A DNA stretch of 64,000 bases from NCBI RefSeq assembly GCF_018350175.1, contig NC_058368.1:194000001-194064000 (forward strand), given 5' to 3'. This DNA is from Felis catus (Eukaryota). Made by a program: the position numbers and the translations under genes. The notes under the pieces were generated by a model, which saw nothing but the letters and a program-made list of their open reading frames with translations, ran no database searches and was not told where the DNA came from. Positions 1 through 14,029 of the stretch are shown one piece after another (within the stretch, counting starts at the first letter, position 1; every line of letters starts with the position of its first letter).

Positions 1-1309
1 TAGGGGAGAAAGAGTTGGCTTTTGCAGGTGGGTGGGAAAATTTAGAGGACAACATGGAAATCATTGTCTTTAAGATAGGAAGGAAGTTTATGTGGTATGG
101 ATAAGAGAAAAGCATGTTAAAAATACCTAGAGAACAGACCAGTGGATAAAGGAGCAAAATGGAAAATAATTCTGGGAAAGTAGGTTATGTTGGAAAGGGC
201 CCCAAGTTACACCATGAAAGACTTGTATATTTTGGCCCTGCAGTAACAAAGTATAAATGAGTGAAGTAAACCGAGAAGGAGGAAGAGAGAAAGGGATGAA
301 GAGAAAGTGAGCAAGAAGCAGGTCATCAAGGACACTGCTCCTACTGATAATGGGCAGGTGGAATCCAGTTCTAGACTATTTTGTGCTCCATGGATGTAGG
401 CTCAGTGTTGCCTATCATGTAATCATTCAGGAACAGAATATCTGTGGCTTTAAGTGAAATATTCTGTATTTCAAGGGTGGCCAACGAATCATTTCTTAAC
501 CACTATAATGAAACAAAACAACAACAAGGATAAAACCCCAAACATTTAAACGTATAACTTGCTGGCAGCATGTCTGTAGCTTCCAGGCTACCCAAAAAGC
601 CTGGGGAGCATTTGACAGTTTGGGGTCTGGGAAGGACAGCACCTAGAAGGAACTGATTGAGAGAGATTCAAGACCTGGTGTGAGACTATCAAGGTAGTCC
701 ATGTGGGAGCAGATCATATGAAGTGAGGAGGAAGAAAAAAGGTGGGGGGTAGATGGGGCACAGTGCATGCTACAGAGGCAAGTATGGTAAGATTGGATCC
801 TTCTCAGAGAGCCAAGAAATATCCCGTGTTGTTTTCCCCCATTGAAAGGACTTGCCAATGTTTTGTGCTATGTGTGACACATTCTCAGTTGACCTTTCTT
901 TGAGCTGCTTTTATGTTTTAATTGCTCTGCTATTATTTTATTTCCCAGTTCACTCCTTTAATTCTTCCCTCAGGTAAACTTGAGGGCATGGTCAGGTGAA
1001 GATTGTAATCTTTAAACTTGTCAAAGAGGAACTCATTTTACAGCCCATTTTTGATGTGGCTTTTGCCCCCTACATTTCAAGTTAAGGAAGATCAAGGGCT
1101 TGCAGCTAAATCACTTTAGAGATAAATGAGTTATAGAAAAATGTACTTTGGATGAAGAAGAATATTCTCCTTATATTCTCTTCCTATGTCATTGCTCTTC
1201 TCTTTGAAGAAGATTTTCCTAACCACCACAGCCTGTAATAATCCTTTTTTACACTATTTTTTTTTTCCTTTTTGTTGCTCTGGAAGTTTCCAAGGTATAG
1301 TTTTCTTTC

Positions 1310-1990
1310 AAAATACAGAGATTTGTTTGTTCTGATTAAAAGAATGTATGCTCATTAAAATAATGTTATTTCAAAAAAAGTACAGAGCAGAATTTAAGTA
1401 TCCTTACTTGTCATGTGTATGTTTTAAATTGATGTCTTGTATATATTGTTCCAAAACAGGAATTTTCTTATTTAATAAACATATGCACACATGTATAATA
1501 TTTATTGATAAATATAATATATATATTTGCATAAATATAAAATTACATTGGCATTTTTAACAGATGCATAATATTCTATTCAGTTTATCTGTGCATATCT
1601 ATGATATGCTTACTTTATTGCCATCTTCATAGCTATATGTTGTTCCCAAATTTTCAGTAGTCTGATTGAAGCAGGCATCTTTTATGTTCACTCTTATTTC
1701 CGTTTCCAGTAATTTCCTCAATATATGGGATTAAAATGGTTGTGTTGAAAGATATAACTTTTAAGGGTATTTGACAACATTTCCTCATAAATAGTCACTT
1801 TTACCTCTAGTAGCACATGGGAGTGTAGGTTCCTTTCCCGTTCCCTCCAACTATGAGTATTAGCAATGGTGACAGTGTTTAAACTTCTGAGAGATAGACA
1901 AATTTCTATAAAACATTAAATTGTTGTATCTCATTTTGGGATTACACAGTGACATAAAAATCTTTGACAAAATTTGTACTACCCTATTAG
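1310..1990 (-). mobile_element. Decayed ancient L1 (L1ME-like) fragment
   Basis: AT-rich L1 3'-like remnants (ttttaagggtatttgacaacatt, tttacctctagtagcacatgggagtg, tgtatctcattttgggattaca). Confidence 0.45.
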
Positions 1991-2290
1991 ATTCTATATA
2001 CTTATGAAATTATTATTTGCATTTATAACTATCATCTCTATCATGGACTCTCTCTTATCTTCATTCCTTTGTATGACATATCTTTCCAGGCTTATTTTAC
2101 ACACCCCCTCAAAATAATTTAAGAAACCATAATATTTGTAAAATAAATAATTGACATGATTTTTCATCTTTAAAGTAGCATCTATTGACAGTCTACTCTG
2201 TGTTAATTTTTTACCCCTGCTGGGAAAAGCCTCTACATACCCTACAGATAAAATAGATGTTAAACAAATAAAGGCAGCCAATGTCTAGAA

Positions 2291-2590
2291 CTGCACTTTC
2301 CAAAATGGCAGCCAGTAGCCATATGTGTCTACCAACATTTGAATAATAGCTAATCCGAATTGACATTTGCTGTATGAAATACAGTGATTTTGTAGACATA
2401 GGAAAAATATCTCACAGCTGATTTTGTATTGATTGCATTTTGAAATGACAATATTGTGTATATATTGGATTAAATGAAATATGCTAATCAACTTCACCTC
2501 TCTTTTTTTACTCTTATGGCCACTAGAAAATTAAAAATAAACTGAGGCTCACTTTTGTAACTTATATTGTATTTCTGTTGGACAGTGCTG
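2291..2590 (-). mobile_element. MER33-like hAT-Charlie MITE
   Basis: Ends ctgcactttccaa ... ttggacagtgctg. Internal text matches remembered MER33/MER3. Flanks gtctagaa / ctccagag fit a degenerate 8-bp NTCTAGAN TSD. Confidence 0.85.
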
Positions 2591-3484
2591 CTCCAGAGCT
2601 TTTTACAACATAAATATTAAGACCATAAGAGGCCAACCTGAAGTGTCCTGTCAGATGGTCTTTAGGTCAGAATTTGATCATTCTTTTGCAACAAGAAAGC
2701 AAGCAAAGCACCCAAATACCCATTGTCATTCTGGCTGATGTTTGCCTTGTCTTTCATCTGAGGGAGGCTTGATGAAAGGAAATAGCTTCAACCAGAATAG
2801 TTTATAGCCCCTTTGGAAAGAAGCTTAAATTGAAAAGGAAGAGATAAATTGAAATAGCTCTGACTTTGAACAACTGCTCATGTCACCTCAAAGCCACGGT
2901 CACTGTGTGATCTGTCGGCTGGCTGTAGAAAAAGGGTGAATCACTGGTCTCCTCAAAACTTTGGGTATTGAAAAATCCCAAAGGCAGCAGAGAATTAATA
3001 AAAAGAAAGCTTGGCTTGAGCTGCAAGGAGGGAGCTTCCTCTGGTCCCCTGGTTCTTCCTTCTGTGGAGACAGAGGAAAGAGAAGGCTCTTCATACAGGA
3101 TTCTGATTATTGTCTCTAGTAATCATGTTTCTTTAGTGGAAATGTGGCTTCCTTCCCATTAAAATGAACAATCCCAGCACTTTGCAGTTGACTTCCTCAT
3201 TTTATAGATGAGGTAAGTGATTTGGAGTGATGAAATGAATGTCCCAGCATCCTAGAACAATTATTTGTTGGAGCAGAATTCATATTCAAGTCTTCACATT
3301 TGTGATACAAATCTCTTTTCTATCAGTCTGTAGCCTCTCAACACAATCCTTTTAAGACTGAAATATCATAGCTTCCCCCCCCCGCCACAGTTTTCAATTC
3401 TAAAATTGAAAATGAGCTTACTCAGTTGGCTCTAGACACAAAGCCTGTTCTCATCAGATATTTTGAACTCAAGTTCTATTTCTT

Positions 3485-3762
3485 TCTTTAAATTTTTTTC
3501 ATTTATTATTTTTGAGAGAGAGACAGAGACAGAGAGACAGAGACAGAGAGACTCTGTCTCTGTCTCTCTCTCAAAAATAATAAATAATAAAGCAAGCAGG
3601 GAAGCGGCAGAGAGAGAAGGAGACACAGAATCAGAAGCAGGCTCCAGGCTCTGAGCTGAGCGCTCAGGACAGAACCCAACGCGGGGCTCAAACTCACAGA
3701 CCAAGCGATCGTGACCTGAGCTGCAGTTGGCCCCCCAACCACTGAGCCACCCAGGCGCTCCA
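3485..3762 (-). mobile_element. Carnivore SINE containing an internal inverted duplication
   Basis: TSD tcaagttctatttctt (3469-3484) / tcaagttctctttctt (3763-3778). Head ...gagccacccaggcgctcc. Confidence 0.95.
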
Positions 3763-5354
3763 TCAAGTTCTCTTTCTTATATAAGCTTTTGTCCACAATA
3801 ATTAACATCTTGATTTATATTACTGTTATTTATATTCTGTGTTAATGTACCCACTGGGAGTGGCAGGGGGATAGCTTGAGCTCATCAAAATTAGACTGAG
3901 TCCCAATAACCACTCCCAATTTACACGTTAGAAGACAACAATCAGATACTTACACACCACATATCCAGTCCTTGCCAAGTATGTGAATTATGTGGCAGCC
4001 TACAGAGTATTTCTAGAAGAAAGGAGAAAAAGATACTTGCCCCACATATGTTCTCTAGCAGTATTGCATTTAGGGCAAAAAAACATCCTACTAAAATGAA
4101 AGGACCAACGAGACAGCTACTCTCTTAGCCATAACATCTTTTGTATAGATTCTTCCTTTCCCACGTTTAGTGAATTTCTTCATTTTTATATCGATCTACA
4201 AACCTACCAAATATGTATTGACTTTCTGCTATCTGCATTCTTCTTGCTATTCTAGGAGAAACATATGCACAAGACAAAGCCCTACTGTCAAGAATCTTAC
4301 AGTAGGGTAATGGTTTTTACATTAAGAGAATCAGAATTTTGAGGGAAAATAGTGAATGTCAGGCTCTGGCAAAGTGACTGGGATGGAATGCTGTCTTCTT
4401 GTGGAGACTTTGGCCATTTACAGGGAGGCATGTGACCTGAGAGCCCCAGTAGGGATGATGAATGAATACCTGACATGGGAGGAAAGCAGAAACGATGCAC
4501 AGGTATAGGATGACAAGCTTGACTTCTTCCTAAATTTCATTATGGCAGTCTCATGAAAGAAGAATTACAAATTTGGATTATGCTATTCTGAGAGATTCAT
4601 TAGACCCTGTAAACCTGGACTTTGGAGAGGGAACTGTTCACCCTGGTCTGTAGGTCTGGGGAAAGTTTGTCTTAGGTTAGACGAGATATTTTGACAAAAA
4701 TAAATGATTTTGTTCTCTCCTCAATTTGCATTTTCTTTGAAACCTAGAAACAGAAGGCGTAGCAAGCTCTGGATTAGGGAAACAAAGTCTCTTCATCTCT
4801 CAGTAAATAGCCATTTCCTAAACAAGTCTGATTCCTTCCCCAGATGCTTGGAATTTGCAAGCCTGGTGGTTCTATTTCTAGGATTATTCATAATGGGCCT
4901 CTCTTTCCTCATTTCCTCCTCCTCTTTTTCTCCTCCCTTCTGAATATACTGCTGCTACTATGTTGCTCTAGTCTCAAACTCAAAAGAAGCTGATGCAATA
5001 GCAGAAAAAAACTACCACTGCATATTAAGTCTTAGCTAAAAACGATGCTCTTCTAGAAAGTCTGCACTCCATTACTTGGAGAATTTTTACTGGCACTTGG
5101 TTAGGAACAGTAAAGAATATAAAAGAAGATTAAGTGTTCGTACTCTGAAGTTGCACATACTTGTTGGCTACAAACAGCTCTGTAAACAGTTGTTTGAGGT
5201 TGGAAGTCATGAAGATGTGGATGTGATTCTTAGTTAAACAGTGTGATTTTGAATCAGTAGCTCTCCCATTCCTGGTCTCTTTCTCTACTTTTAACTCAAG
5301 AACTGAGTCCCTTTTAGTATTGATAATCTCTTGTATAATTAGATAATAATATGA

Positions 5355-5585
5355 GGGAGCATATATTGAGTCCTCAAAATGAAGCAGAAGCTATGCTAAT
5401 GATAGAAATCAGAATCCTCTGACTTAATTCTTACAGCTAGTCTGTGAGGTTAGGTACTGTTGTTATCCTCATTTTATAAAAAAAAGGAAACTGAGGACTA
5501 CTGGCCCAAAGTTATGCAGCCATTGAAGGGTAGACCTGGTTTGAAATAAGGCAGTTGGGCTCTAAAGCTTAACTGTAGGCCACTA
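5355..5585 (-). mobile_element. MIR
   Basis: ctgtgaggttaggtactgttgttatcctcattttata...gaaactgagg. Confidence 0.75.
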
Positions 5586-7134
5586 ATTTCTTCCTATGCA
5601 ATCAATTGCTTGATTGCATGCTAAAGATGTACTAAGATTTACCATACGGATAGTGATATTGAAGTTAGAAGTTGGCTGGAGTTCTCCAAGTTGGGGTTTT
5701 AAAATATAAACTTTGGATTTGGGGGGCTATTTTAATATGCGAGGAAGAAAAGTGGCAGTCTTTCAGATTGGGTGTGCCAAGTGTAAAGGGGTGAACAGGA
5801 GGAGTGGGAGAGCTTAAAGATTATTTTGGATTGCCAGAAAAGTCCTCAGATAGATGAACTGAGTAGGTAATAACACTGGCTTATAGCTGACCTCAAATAT
5901 TAGGCTCAGTAAATAGAAATAAATTCACTGGTTCAACAGACACTGACATAAAGAACACACAGTATTTCCACGGGTACTTAGCCTAACAGAGAATGAGCAT
6001 TCCCTCTGGGCTTGGAGTGTTGCTTTGCCATTTGCTAGTTCGGGGCCTTGAGTTTATCATCTCTAGCCTTTGGTTTCTCACTTACGGAATGGTAATAATG
6101 ATACATATTACATAGTTTTGTGAGAATTCAATGTTAAGTGTTCACAATAATATACTCAACTGAGTAAAGAATATGTTTCGTATACACTATCACCATTATT
6201 GCTTGCATTAAAAGAGATATATAAAGCGTCTGATACAACGCCTAGCACTTTGTATGCACTATGTGAATGTCAACTCTGCTGCTACTTCTATCATAAGACA
6301 CTGCCCCAAATTGCTGGTAAAAAATATAGGTATTCATTAAAAATACTATGTAGTTATTACGGAGATATTACAAGATACACTGTAATCATAGGTCAAGAGA
6401 TACCAAAGTCAGCCAAGAGAATGTGGATGATCAGGGAATACTTGACACAGAAAGCCACATTTAGGAAAAACGTCTTAAAAATAAAGAGAAATGAAACTAG
6501 TTGAAGTAATAGTTGGAGGGTATTTTGACAGAAAGCCAAGGCAGGAAGATGTTAGATATTACGGAGCACAAACTAAACACAAAATAGGAATGCACTGCTT
6601 GAGACATGTGACGAGGGGCAGTGGCAGGAGTTGAGGGTGGATAGGTGCACAGCAACCAGATCACGCTGGACCTAGTAAGTCACATGAGGCAATTTAGGAT
6701 TTCATCCAGAATATAACAGAAGAATAGCATCTGACTGACATGATCATGAAAAGACTATGGGAATGTCATACTGCCCAAAGGAATGGAGCTGCTTTTTGCA
6801 TTTCTAAAAATTCCCGTGGAAGGCATGGAGTCCTTCAAATCTAGATGGCAAGACTCCTGACTGCAGTAGGGAACTAAGGGTAACAATCTTCATTCTGAAT
6901 TCTGTTCTCTCTCCAGTGGAAGATGGCAGTCTTTGGCTTGGATCAAAGGAGGCAGAGTTACATGGGAACAGTATGTCACATTGGTGGCGATAAATAGAGC
7001 TTGACGCACAAAAATATTGATTCCAACTGTCAGCAAATACTTTAAAAAGGTCAGACTCTAGAGTCACAGAATATACTGCTTACCTTGTCGAAAAAGAAGT
7101 TGATGTACATTAAAGCTGAATGATGAAATGGAAC

Positions 7135-7370
7135 AAACATGGGCTTTGGAACTATATTGACTTGGTAGCCATGCTACATTCTTGTATTTTTTTTCCCACT
7201 TGCCATATAACTTCAGACAAGTTACTCCATCTCTCTGAGGCTTTTTCCTACTTGCAATTTGGGGATTAGTAATGCCTCCTTCAAAACTTATGGCAAAGAT
7301 CAAAAGAGACAATGTCTTTGAAAGCACTCAGTACGGTGGTCATGTGATAGAGGTTCAACAAACATGTTTC
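7135..7370 (+). mobile_element. MIR
   Basis: acttcagacaagttactccatctctctgagg...tttgaaagcactcagtacggtg. Confidence 0.7.
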
Positions 7371-7374
7371 CTTC

Positions 7375-7790
7375 TTCTACTCATTGTTCATAGAACTTTT
7401 TGAGTGCCTTCTGTGTTCAGACACTAGGATGAACACCGTCCAGGAATAGAACAAGTGCTCTTGAAGCTTACATTCAGTGGGGAAACAGAAAAAAGCAAAG
7501 CAAAGCAAAACAAAAACCAGCAATGAGCAGACAAAAAGGTGATTCCTGGTGGTGATGAATGCTATAAAGATAAGAACAGTGAGGTAAGGCAGGGTACCTT
7601 GGAGGGTATGCTAATTTTGTAGGATGGTAAAGTGTGTCCTCCTGGGTAAAGTAACACTGAAGTTGAGATGTGAATTGGAAACAAAGCCTCATCTGCTTGG
7701 GCACATGATCTGGGCACATGCTCTCCTGGCAAAGGGAATGGCTCTTCCAAAGGCAGACCAAAGACCAGGTTCCTGGAGTCTAATGCCTGA
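7375..7790 (-). mobile_element. L2 fragment
   Basis: tcattgttcatagaactttttgagtgccttctgtgttcagacact...gaagcttacattcagtgggg...caaaggcag. Confidence 0.6.
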
Positions 7791-8386
7791 GGGGGAAAAC
7801 AGTGCATAACAGGGTTGGAGGGATAGTCAGTAGCCTTCCGCAAATAAGTGTCACGCCAGTAGAGCAAGACACAGCTGACAGAGAGATGATGCACAGTTAG
7901 AAGATTTGCAGCCCCCAAAGCAGCACTCTTCCTGTGCATGGTAACTCCCCTCCATCATGCTGCCAAGTGAGCATTTAAGAGCTGCTTGGACATCTGGACT
8001 AGGTAGATAATTTTATCATTTCCTTTAACCCAGAAGTTCTCAAAAGCACTAGCTTAGATTTTCAATCTTTTAAAATCTCTCAGTTTGTGGCATATGTTCA
8101 CTTTTGAAGATAAAAATTTTACAATAGAATCATACAGCTTAGAAGCTAATGGTAAAGAGACATAAGTGCATGTAAGAGAGTTATTATAGCAGTTACAAAA
8201 TTTTCTGTGAGAGTGCAGAAGAAGACAGATAAAACCTAAACGTGTAGTCTGAGAAGGCTTCCTGTAGGAAGTTACAAGTCAAATGTTGTGGGTCTCCAAA
8301 GGTGGAAGTGTGGTTTTCTTCCGTTTTTATTTTCTTATACATTTTTATCAGTATAAATGTATTCAGATTTCTTCTGACTCATTTCT

Positions 8387-8387
8387 T

Positions 8388-8430
<43 letters not shown>
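8387..8430. repeat. (TTTA)n microsatellite
   Basis: Read directly from the sequence. Confidence 0.95.
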
Positions 8431-9694
8431 CAATTTTCTGAGATAATACTTCCTAATTTGCCCCAATTCAGGATTAGGTATGTCCATGTCTTCTCTTTTA
8501 CCATTCTGTTTTGTGTTTCTTTTATAACCTCCCATGAAGTGACGTGACTTCATCTACAATAGAAAATATCAATTCCAAACATTTTCAGTAATTAAACATT
8601 GAGATCTGCAGCTGTATTAGATCCCAGGACCTTCTAGGCTCTTTTCTCGTTCCCACCCCAAAGGTGCATGATCACCTTCATTAAAGGCAAAGACAAATAG
8701 GGAAAGTGTTCTCATCTTGCAAAGCACAGTAAATCTTTTCCTGTTTTTCTCTTCCACACATATGTATTTATTACATATTTAGGCTTGATACTAAGGAATC
8801 AGACGTGCAACATAAACCATAGTATCCTGGTGGGCAGGCAGGGGGGAGGTGAAGCAAAGGGTGTAGTATGGAAAGAACAGCATGGCCATTTCTGGGTTGC
8901 TTGAGAAACTTGGCAGAATGGGACCTCTATCCAGCTGTGTTCTGGGTAGAGAGGTCATTTTCCAGGAAGCAGATCTGTAAATAGGTACTAGCTTCCATGT
9001 ATCTAGAGGAAGGTTTTTTCTTTATTTACTTGTAGACTGAGTGGTCATAATTATTTGTGCTGGAGACGGATGGCACAGTTGTTAGATACCCAGATATATA
9101 TGAATTTTTTAGGCATTCATTACCATAATTCTAGGTTTTAGCATTTTCTATTACTACTCTAGGTCTTACTTGCAGTTCATCTCTTACAAACCATTTTCTT
9201 CCAAAAGAAAAAAAAAATTAAGATCCTTGGGATCTCAGCAACTTTTGCAGAAGTCTGTGGGTAAGTACTTTCATCCCATTTACTAGTCAGTCTCTAGCTC
9301 ACTCATGATGGAGAGTTAATCTTCTGAGATTCAGCAGCAACAATATTTTCTTGGATGTAACTTCTTATGTTTTCTGATTATAGTAAAAGTTCATTATACA
9401 AAAACTGGGAAAGTGAGCATAAATAATAGAATACAAATAAATATGGCATTAATAATAGAACAGCTATAACTTTAGACTTCTGAAAAATGTACTTGATTAC
9501 CTGTATTTTTCTTCCATTATATATTTGTTGATGCTAAGAGCCCCTTGTTCCTCATAAACTTTTAAATAATGTTAGGTGCCTAAATGTCCCATTGTGAGGA
9601 AGAGTTGGATATGTCCAAGGTTCATTGCGGTGGTTTCTTTGTGCTCCAGTTGAATTAATGTGATAGAAGCAGGATATGAGACAAGTTCTGGATA

Positions 9695-9895
9695 GATTCT
9701 GGAGCCCAATCACCTGGGTTTGAGTCCTGGCTCTCAGTAGCTGTGACCTTGATCATTACAGTCTTAGCACCTTGGTTTCTTTATCTTAAAATGGAGATCA
9801 TAATAGTATAGTATAGTACTTTGTCCAGTGAGTTAAGATGTAGAGACTAGAAAGATACCCACCACATACACAGTGTTAATAATTCAAGCTATTAC
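9695..9895 (+). mobile_element. MIR
   Basis: tctggagcccaatcacctgggtttgagtcctggctct...ctgtgaccttg...aaaatggagatcataatagta. Confidence 0.75.
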
Positions 9896-11800
9896 TATAC
9901 AGGTACATAAGCTCTAACACCTACAGAAGCCACACAAGAGTATAAATGAGTCAGGTATAAAAAATGAAGCTCTTTTTTTTTGGTCTATCTTTAATTTCCC
10001 CACATTGTATTAAAAGTAAGAAGTTAATGCTTCTGAACTGTGAAGGAAAAAAAAGCCCAGTGCAAGCACCATATGTGCAAATGACCTTGACATACCCTTG
10101 GAGAACAATAGGAGTGATTGACCCATGGAAGGGAAAAGAGGACCTGGGAGACTGTACTCAGCTCTAGATAATTGCCGTCAAGAGAAGCTGGAAAACTACA
10201 TTCATATATGGTGTTTCCCAAGATTTAAGGGAAATAGACCTAAGGCAAGACCTAAGGCAAATACTCTTCTGAAAATTTTATGTGATTTAACCAATGCATG
10301 CTTTTGGGTTGCATTTGCTCCATGAGGTTCCAATTTGAGTCCCCTGAAATTTTTGCTAATTTGGATTCTGAATTCTAGTAGCCCAAGAGACTTGGCTCTA
10401 GTTCCTGGACTCCTTCTATGACACCTGGCTATAATGTCATACATTTATTGAGCTCTATAATAATCAGAGAAAATAGCACCCCTTCCTGGTTCCTGTCCCT
10501 CCCCCACCCAACAATTGCTTTCCTTACTTGGGAATTCTAATATCTCCCTAATTGCTGTCCACTGACTGATAATGGAAACCCTCTGAGTTTTCCATCTGAC
10601 TTTTCCAATGTCTGCTTGCCACTCACTCGTTTAATTGCTCCCTCCTGTGGAAACACTGGGCTGTTCCTGCTGCTCATTAGAGTGGGGAATAACAAGTCTG
10701 TGGGTTTTTTCCTGGCTCTTACTTGCTAAGGAAGGAGATGATAAACGTTTGGTGCTTTGGGGACTGCTTCCTGAACCACCCTGAGGCAACAATTGCTTAT
10801 TCAGGCCTAAAGAAAAGAGGCAAACACTCAAGGAATAGTTTTTTAATAAAACGTTTTATGATCAGGGAAGGCAAGAGAGGGAAGCAAACTCTCCTTCACC
10901 TCTTGGGAATGTCCTTTCACCATGACAAAGAGCAGAGACAAAGGTGGAGTAGCAAGGGACCAGAGCACAACATTTAGAATCAGCCAAAGGGCTGCCTCGA
11001 AGCAGTCGGGTTGACTATGATAACTGCTACAGTAGCTGGTCAAATAGAATGAAATAGGGAAGTTTTGACAACCTTGTTGCCCTCCAAGTCTCAGGCTCTC
11101 TTTTTCTCACACACTTAACCTTGGGTTTTTAGAGACAAATCTTAGGTAGCAGTCATTCTTCATCCCACCCTCTCTAAAGAGGCTCCATTCTGTTTGCCTT
11201 CCTTTCTTGTAATACTACCCTATACGTACACTTGATTCTTCTCATTTGCCCTCAAGCTTCCTTATCTGTATGTACACATGATTGGCCAAATTCTAGATTA
11301 TTTATTGGGCAATTTTTGCTGAGAATGGAATCGTTTTACTTCCAAAGGCATGTGTCTAGATGTCCCTCTCTCTCTACACTCTCTTTTATTCTTGAGCAAG
11401 AGGGGTGAATGGAATTGGGGTCTGTTCTCTTGGAAATGACACAACTGGCTTTTCAGGATCCCTTCTCTATTGTCTTGAGCCTTTCCTTGCATGTATTGTA
11501 GCTGTGGATCTGAGGTGGTAAGTCTGCAGGCACAGTTTAGGAGTAGGCAGAGGTCCTTAGAGCTCCATTTTTGTGCATGTGTTCCAGCCCCATTCATCAG
11601 AGTTGCTTTGCATCATGGTTAGTTTTCCAAGATCATTATGCAGCAAAGGGATATTTGTTTTATGTTTACTGATGTCCCTGTGCCTCTTTCTACTTTTGGG
11701 ACTCTGAGGGAGTGGTAGCTGTGCTCCATATATCCTCCTAATACCATCAAACCCCCGTACATTTTTTCAAACACCACCTTCCTCTGAAGAGGCAAAAAGT

Positions 11801-12057
11801 CAGCCTGGTGAAGAGAAGAGTATTTGAAGCCAGCTTCCCTGGATTCAAATCCAAGCTCTGCCATTCTGCTGCTGTGTGGTTTTAAGAGTGGTATCTTTCT
11901 TCTCTGTGCTTCAGTTCCCCCATCTGTATTATAAGGATGGTTATAGTGCTAGGATACTCCTAAGGTTTTCTGGGAAATTAATTAAAATAGTCTTTCCAAA
12001 AAGCTGACAGCAGTGCCTGGAACATAGTAAACCAACACTGAGCAAATGTCAGTCATC
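11801..12057 (+). mobile_element. MIR SINE, near full length
   Basis: ggattcaaatccaagctctgcca...tctctgtgcttcagttccccatctgta...cagtgcctggaacatagtaa. Confidence 0.85.
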
Positions 12058-13547
12058 TTCATCATCATCTACAACACCATTGTCAACGTCTGTACCCCAA
12101 GCATAGCACTCCTGATTCTATCACAGTCCCCAGCAGTTTGCCATGTCATAGTACAGATTGCATAAATACATTATTCTCTCCACATTTTCAGCTTAGGCTG
12201 AAGGCCATTTGCTTAGTCACAAAAGGGGTCTGAAGTTCATTATAAGAAGAGTTTATCTTAACAAGAGTAACAAAAGGACAGCCTGTCAATGAAAATGTGC
12301 CATGAAAAATCTTGTCACAAATCTTAGAGCTGGAATGAGCCTTAGAGATTACCAGGCTCAAATTCTTTTTATAGATGAGGAAACTAAGTCCCAGAATGGA
12401 GAGAAATCTCTGAGTTCCCCAATCTGCAGAAGAATGAATAAGCAGTGCAGCTCAGTCATGGGGCACATTACCAGGGCCCTATCGCCCTTCAGTGCATCCC
12501 TGGAGAGCATGCAAAATGCTATAATCCTCCAGAGGCTCACAGGACAATGTAAAAATTAGAGGTGGTAGTTACCTTTACATCCAAGGTAAGAGGCAGTGTG
12601 TTCATCGAAATGTCTCTCCAAATGGCTATATTTCCAATTTAATAGATGCATACCTCTCATGTGTTAATTAAAGACCACGTTCCTGTTTTAAGGGATACCT
12701 CATAAGGTTTTATAAATAAGTTTAGAGGCCAGAGCTCTATGTCTCCCTACTGAGTAATTAATCTGCCCTGTTGATGATGAAAACTACCAGCAGGATTAAC
12801 ATAATGATGTATACAGTATTACAAGTGTAGCAACAGATCATAATGATCATGTTGCAACTCTCCCTGTGTATGTTCTGACTTCCATTCTTTATTTGCTAGT
12901 TAGCTATGTGTCTTCTTACAGCACTCCATCATCACAAAACTAAGTGATTTGGCCAGTTATTAAATATTTTCTAAAGCCTTAAAGTGTACAACTAATTGGT
13001 AACTGGAAGGATGATCTTAAATTGTTTTTCCATCATTCATTAAACACCAACAATGTTCTTGTAAGTGTCATGGGCGCTTACCAAGTGCCCAATAACCAAT
13101 GGCAATGTCTTTGCAATTTTCAGATAATTATTTTCTAATCAGGGCTTATCTCACAATCAGTAATTAAAACACCACTGAAGGTCCTTTCAGAAATCAATTG
13201 ACATCAAGCTAATATGGAACATCTCACCAAGAGTAATGAAGTACAGAAAGCACTTAAGCATAGAAGATATTAAACACTGATAAAGATTCTCAAAAAAAGC
13301 TAAATTTCAGTCCTTGAGAAAATCAGACCCTTTGTGTTTAAGTCTATGCAGCCATCAGAGCACAGATTGTGCACTTACTATGTATCAACATCATGCTTGT
13401 ATGGGAAGTAATCCTATTTCCCAAGGTGTTTACTACACACTGGGGTACATGTCCTAAAGTAATGCTCCCATAGGATAAAAAGGGAAAAGATCCTCAGGAA
13501 GTACATACAGAGTATGTTTATATTCAGAAATAGGAAGGAGGTAAATG

Positions 13548-13720
13548 TAGGATATTGGTTATAAACACAGGCTTTGGAGGCAGATTAGGAATCAAATCCT
13601 GCCTGGACCAGATACTGGTTTGGCATTAATAAGTTGTTAAACTCATCAGAGCATGAGTTTCCTCAGTGGAAAATAATAACGTTGACATTATAGAGGACAT
13701 GAGCCAAGTGTCTGGTGCTT
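13548..13720 (+). mobile_element. MIR
   Basis: acaggctttggaggcagattaggaatcaaatcctg...aagttgttaaactcatcagagcatgagtttcctca. Confidence 0.7.
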
Positions 13721-14029
13721 CACACACTGGAAGGATTAGGGAGGTGGTATTTACACTGGTACTTAAAGAATGAAAAAATTTGGATATGCCGAAGTGAGTG
13801 GGCTATAAGTACAATTAGAAGAAACTAAGGCAGGCACCAGTTCAAGCAACCATGGTGTTGTAAGGAGAAGAATGTTAGAAATATAAGGTTTATCAAGGGA
13901 ATTTGTAAGGATAAGACTAAAAAAAAAATCAGGACCGGATAATACAGTGCTATATGGAGACATTCTGTGTAATAAAGCAATTTTCATACCCCTGCCTAAA
14001 GGGGGCTCCAAAATATCACGGTCTTACCA

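Noticed and set aside
12774..12878. Possible C/D-box snoRNA (ATGATGA ... CTGA)
   Set aside because: No terminal stem and no recognisable rRNA or snRNA antisense element. The motifs are short enough to occur by chance.
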